Virus record (IMG/VR): IMGVR_UViG_3300020473_000001
Coordinates: 1 to 55,851 of that record
Source: a virus
Lineage: Duplodnaviria; Caudoviricetes
Direction: 5' to 3' (one strand)
Length of the DNA stretch: 55,851 nucleotides
A model generated the notes under the pieces. That model worked only from the letters and a program-made list of their open reading frames with translations, was not told the DNA's origin and ran no database searches. Below, piece after piece: positions 55,698 through 55,851 of the stretch (position 1 is the stretch's first letter; each line of letters opens with the position of its first letter). The position numbers and the translations under genes are program-made.

Positions 55698-55851
55698 AGC
55701 TAGTGTAGCTGAAGATCGCTTAGATAAACTTGCTAAGCAAGGTGGCAAAACTGAACGGGCGACCGATTCGTTGGCTAAAACTGCGCTCGGGTTGAAGGTG
55801 GCGTTGACTGCAACGGCTGGCGCGGCGGTGTACATGATTCGACAAACCGCC
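55651..55851 (+). CDS. Tape measure protein N-terminus (continues at the start of the window)
   Basis: MSEELARLRIKVES...; RBS ggag; in frame with 18..2237. Confidence 0.88.
   Translation, partial: MSEELARLRIKVESLEASVAEDRLDKLAKQGGKTERATDSLAKTALGLKVALTATAGAAVYMIRQTA

Noticed and set aside
55775-55851. 77-bp terminal direct repeat as a physical genome end
   Set aside because: It lies inside the tape-measure ORF and its length matches a common assembler k-mer, so it is best read as a circular overlap
1-55851. Prophage or temperate lifestyle
   Set aside because: No integrase, repressor, partition genes or flanking host genes were recognised

Overview
The window is one apparently complete, circularly permuted genome of a lytic siphovirus-type dsDNA phage. 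Bases 1-77 repeat exactly at 55775-55851, an assembly overlap, so the unit genome is about 55,774 bp, and the tape-measure gene crosses the junction. The + strand carries packaging, lysis, head, neck and tail genes (about 41.6 kb through the junction to 8981) and an early/accessory block (31.3-41.3 kb). The - strand (30.4 kb down to 9.0 kb) carries primase, recombination genes, helicase, a 7-deazaguanine DNA-modification cluster (queE, queC, a small QueF-like T-fold protein, queD, folE, dpdA), a clamp-like protein and a family-B-like polymerase. The layout resembles 9g/Seurat/NP1-type (Queuovirinae-like) phages; this is inferred from gene content only. I saw no integrase, repressor, tRNA or CRISPR array. 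The most notable observations are: (1) a MuF minor head protein with an N-terminal GNAT acetyltransferase-like domain and a coupled 54-aa ORF; (2) an N-terminal leader shared by the scaffold, an unlinked Lys/Ala/Glu-rich protein and, more weakly, the major capsid protein; (3) a QueF-L-like gene and a YdjM-like membrane hydrolase inside the que cluster; (4) two diverged copies of an origin-like non-coding element flanking the accessory block; (5) promoter-embedded hairpins that would hide the ribosome-binding site only on read-through mRNA; (6) an amber-interrupted Zn-finger gene. All calls rest on motif recognition and synteny by eye; no database searches were run.
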